DNA from: Monocercomonoides exilis PA203
Lineage: Eukaryota > Protista > Preaxostyla
Direction of reading: 5' to 3'
Assembly (NCBI GenBank): GCA_001643675.2
Contig: LSRY02000001.1
Span: forward strand, 2,108,001-2,172,000
Length of the DNA: 64,000 nt
Positions 61,536 through 64,000 of this stretch are shown here, in pieces. Made by a program: the position numbers and the translations under genes. The number at the start of each line of letters is the position of its first letter. Position 1 is the stretch's first letter. The notes beneath the pieces are model-generated. The model was not told the DNA's origin, searched no databases, and saw only the letters and a list, made by a program, of their open reading frames with translations.

Positions 61536-64000
61536 CTCCTCCTTTTTCTCCCTTGCCACACACACAATTATCTGCCCCTTCTTTTCTTGTTGAAACTCCG
61601 TCGAAGCCACTCACTCCTTTATCTCCTGTCACAGACTTTTGTTCACTCACGCAGAAGTCCCTCTGCACATCAAGCCCAATCTTTGCCTCTTCTTCTATTT
61701 CTTCTTCTATTTCTTCCTTCCCTTCTCTGAATATTTCAAACAGTTCTTCATCTTCACCTAACTCTAAGTCATCTTTGCTGTATTCCGCCTGCTGGTGTTG
61801 TATCAGATCATTGACCTTCAAATGCCTATATGTCATTCAATTTGGCAGAGCTGCCATGTGATCCAATAATTATTGCATTTATATTTCTTTCTCTCGATGT
61901 CTATTCGTTATATGCGCCTTTATTTCACTTTTCATTCGCTATTCCCGTGATGAAAAAAAGGCAATTTGAACGAATTGATTTCATTTCATTGAAATCGTCT
62001 TCTTCTTCAACGCCTTCTTTGATGAACATCAAAAATAAGGTTGAATTGTTCATTTCATTCAACTCCCCTCGAATTCAGCTCCAGGCCTTGTCTTTCATTC
62101 TAACTCAGAAATACAAAAGAAATATTTATTCTTTCATTGAATAACGGCTGAAATTATACATCAACGGAAACGACTCTATTTTTAGTCGAGAAAAGCTGGT
62201 CAGAAGGCATGCAAAAAAAAAGGAGATTGCCTCTGACTTTTTGCATTTTGTAGATGAAAGAGGCTCAGATGAAAAGAGCATATTATCGAAGCAATTCTTG
62301 AACGGAATAAATGATTGAAATGATGTTCTTCTTCAGATTTTGCAATGTTCCGAGCCTTCAACGAGCAATCGAAGATGAAACGATGAAGGAAAGCGATTTC
62401 AAGGAAAGACATGTTCAAAGAAAATTTCAATGAAATAACAGAATTTACAGAAGATATATGGTGATTAATCAATCAAATGCAAAAATGAGATGTTTTCTTC
62501 AATTTTGTGTGCCATCTCCCCAACTTTCTTCGATTTTACCGTCACTTGCACATAAATCCACAATTTGTCTGCTCATTCAATATTATTTGCCAACGTTCTT
62601 CACCTTCTTCAGAAAGCCCATCGCATTGTGTGTGCTCTTGCAGGGCATCTTTGATAGCCAGCAATTCACTTCCTTGATGTCAAGCAAACTTTCCACTTAT
62701 TCATTGTCAGCTGAATTCTCGATGAGAAATATAAACAATTCAACATCCCAATCTCCGAATGCTCTGTTCCATCGTACCCAACAACCTAATTATCTTCTGA
62801 GTGATGCTTCTCATTAAGTTGAAGGAAGACTCGTTCACGGAAGCTTCAAGAGACTCGCCTACAAAATACTCATGTCTTCTTCATCCTATTCCTTCGCTCT
62901 CTCACTTAATTGCCAGAACAGTTTATCTTTTCCTTTTAGTGCAACATTTCACAAGCAGTTATAAATGATAATGCTGTGCTGATGCGATTCTGTTCATGGT
63001 TCGATGGTGATATCAATAGAGAGTGTGTGATGATTAACATGGAGGAGGCAAGCATGGAGTTTGATGTGAAAGAAGATAGCGTCATCAGCATTTTCGAAAG
63101 GAGAATTTCGATGAACCAGGCAGAAATGAAAGGAAGATGAGGGGAGGAAGGAGAAGGAAATGAGAAGGACGTGTGATGTGAAGAATAAAAAATTAAAAGG
63201 AGAGATCGAGTTAGTTATCCTCGTTGACTACAATCTCCCGGATATCACATTCTCCGTATGCTGAAGCGTTAGAGCTTGATATCTGGAATTGAAATTTGTC
63301 TATACTGATTAAGATGCAGAAAGGAAAAAAGGAGATAACAAACTGTTTTCATTCTTTTAATATTATTTATAAAATATTTTTCAACATAAAATTCTTGTTC
63401 TCTTTTATGAATGATAATTGTTTTTAGTTTTCATTTTCAAGATTAAAGATTTTTATTTTATGTATTTGTTGAGTTTATTGCTTAATCTTTATTTATTTTT
63501 AGTTCGTTTTTAAGACATTTGATCAATAAATTCATATTCACTTTTATTATAAAAAAATGTATGTTTTTTCGAATAAATTATAAAACAAATGTATATCGCA
63601 CTTGAAAAAGCTTTGAATGAATGAAAAATCAATTTAATATTTTGATCAATTGATACCATAATTATTTTATTTTTTCAATTTTTGATCTTTTTTATGATTT
63701 CAAAAAGAATCTCCCATATATTTTTTTATTTATTAATTCTCATTAATGAATTTTAAAAAAAATATTGAAAATTTCGAATGAATAAGAAAGATTTACAAAC
63801 CTTTGTGCAGTCCAATTTCTCATGAAAGATTAATGGAAGGATTTGAACCCCCCCCCCCCCCCATTTACCCCCCATGAGAAATTAGATTTCTTTCAAAATT
63901 CAAATATAAGAATACTTTACATTTAAATACATACCAAAAGCATATTTTAAAATATCATTTGAGGTTCAGATTAATTTTTATTTATAAAAAAGTGCCAATA

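Noticed and set aside
63848-63873. Poly-C tracts (possible G-quadruplex or telomere-like sequence)
   Set aside because: A single homopolymer plus one short run; no tandem telomeric unit, and homopolymer length is error-prone.
1-64000. CRISPR arrays, rRNA or tRNA genes
   Set aside because: No regularly spaced repeat-spacer array or recognisable structural RNA seen; the sequence is eukaryotic.

Overview
AT-rich, intron-containing eukaryotic DNA in the standard genetic code. The expanded beta-helix surface-receptor families, poly-Ser/poly-Glu tracts and short GT-AG introns suggest an oxymonad such as Monocercomonoides (inference). Apparently intact genes: a family-type helical protein (4.7-6.0 kb), a two-repeat single-pass surface protein (10.4-12.9 kb), a 2595-aa beta-helix receptor with a pseudokinase tail (31.0-38.8 kb), and a TBC1D5-like Rab-GAP head-to-head with the 7-exon proteasome lid subunit Rpn9. 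An eIF2A 3' exon is present without recognisable upstream exons. The rest is layered mobile DNA and surface-gene relics. (1) A spliced Sola-like DDD transposase gene of about 1200 codons carries a ubiquitin-specific protease (C19) domain inside it and was later disrupted by a 240-bp MITE. (2) A DIRS retrotransposon is split at its RT catalytic motif by a 4.4-kb TIR element with a 10-11 bp target duplication; this element carries a surface-receptor gene fragment, part of which is near-identical to the live gene 12 kb away. (3) There is also a ~1-kb foldback palindrome, a second MITE copy and a decayed pogo-type transposase.
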